Virus record (IMG/VR): IMGVR_UViG_3300020203_000008
Location: 64,001-128,000 of that record
Origin: a virus
Strand: one strand, 5' to 3'
DNA: 64,000 bases
Shown here in pieces: positions 63,799-64,000 of the stretch. Positions within the stretch are counted from its first letter, which is position 1. The number at the start of each line of letters is the position of its first letter. Made by a program: the position numbers and the translations under genes. The notes beneath the pieces are model-generated. The model was not told where the DNA came from. It saw only the letters and a program-made list of their open reading frames with translations, and did not search any database.

Positions 63799-64000
63799 TC
63801 GACTCCTTTAAAGTCAGTCGTTAAGTTTGTTTAGTGTTTCATTCATAGGAGAACCAAACTACGATTCCCACGCAAGAATTTTAGTAGTCGTCGTCCCAGT
63901 GTTCGCCTGCAAAGGCCGGATCGAAGTCAGCGGGAGCATTGTATGGGTAGCGTTGATTAATCTCGTCTTCTCTATCGAGACGGATACCCCAATGATGATC

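Noticed and set aside
1-64000. Prophage boundaries, integrase or host chromosome segment around pup/ruvB/csrA
   Set aside because: These genes are embedded singly among phage genes; no att site, integrase or host operon context is seen in the window.

Overview
The whole window is an internal 64-kb segment of a large tailed (siphovirus-like) bacteriophage genome, most likely infecting an actinobacterium. The main host evidence is a Pup gene whose style resembles, from memory, Acidimicrobiia Pups; actinophage-type holin, HicA-like and GGGAAAA frameshift features agree. Bases 1-25.2 kb (+) hold the virion module: portal (5'-truncated), protease, scaffold, decoration protein, major capsid, head-tail connectors, major tail protein, tail chaperones with a -1 frameshift, a 1813-aa tape measure, and tail tip/fibre proteins. 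Bases 25.2-27.1 kb hold pup, a holin and small membrane genes; no endolysin is recognisable. Bases 27.3-38.7 kb (+) hold an XRE regulator and the replication/recombination/nucleotide genes: PD-(D/E)xK nuclease, Sak4-like ATPase, SSB-like protein, dCMP deaminase, primase-helicase, methyltransferase, class II RNR, a DUF4406-dNMP kinase fusion and an HNH. Bases 38.9-64 kb (-) are a long, probably early/accessory arm with CsrA, ParB-like, bL12-CTD, RuvB, DUF6744-like, VWA + MoxR/RavA AAA, ATP-dependent ligase, SWIM, transglutaminase-like, Ku, HicA-like and many small orphans. Top observations: (1) a phage-encoded, ligation-ready Pup (C-terminal GGE); (2) a shared ~19-aa C-terminal helix ([ST]xx[ED]hxxAxxxLxxxAKEL) on at least five largely unrelated minus-arm proteins, suggesting a portable docking/targeting tag; (3) sigma-28-like promoters (TCAW-N15-KYCGAWW) before the scaffold, major tail and pup genes, plus a GGA-rich structured tail-gene leader in a phage that encodes CsrA; (4) recurrent (G/A)ATPT motifs across virion proteins; (5) a self-contained Ku + ligase pair. 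All family calls come from motif recognition by eye; no searches were run.
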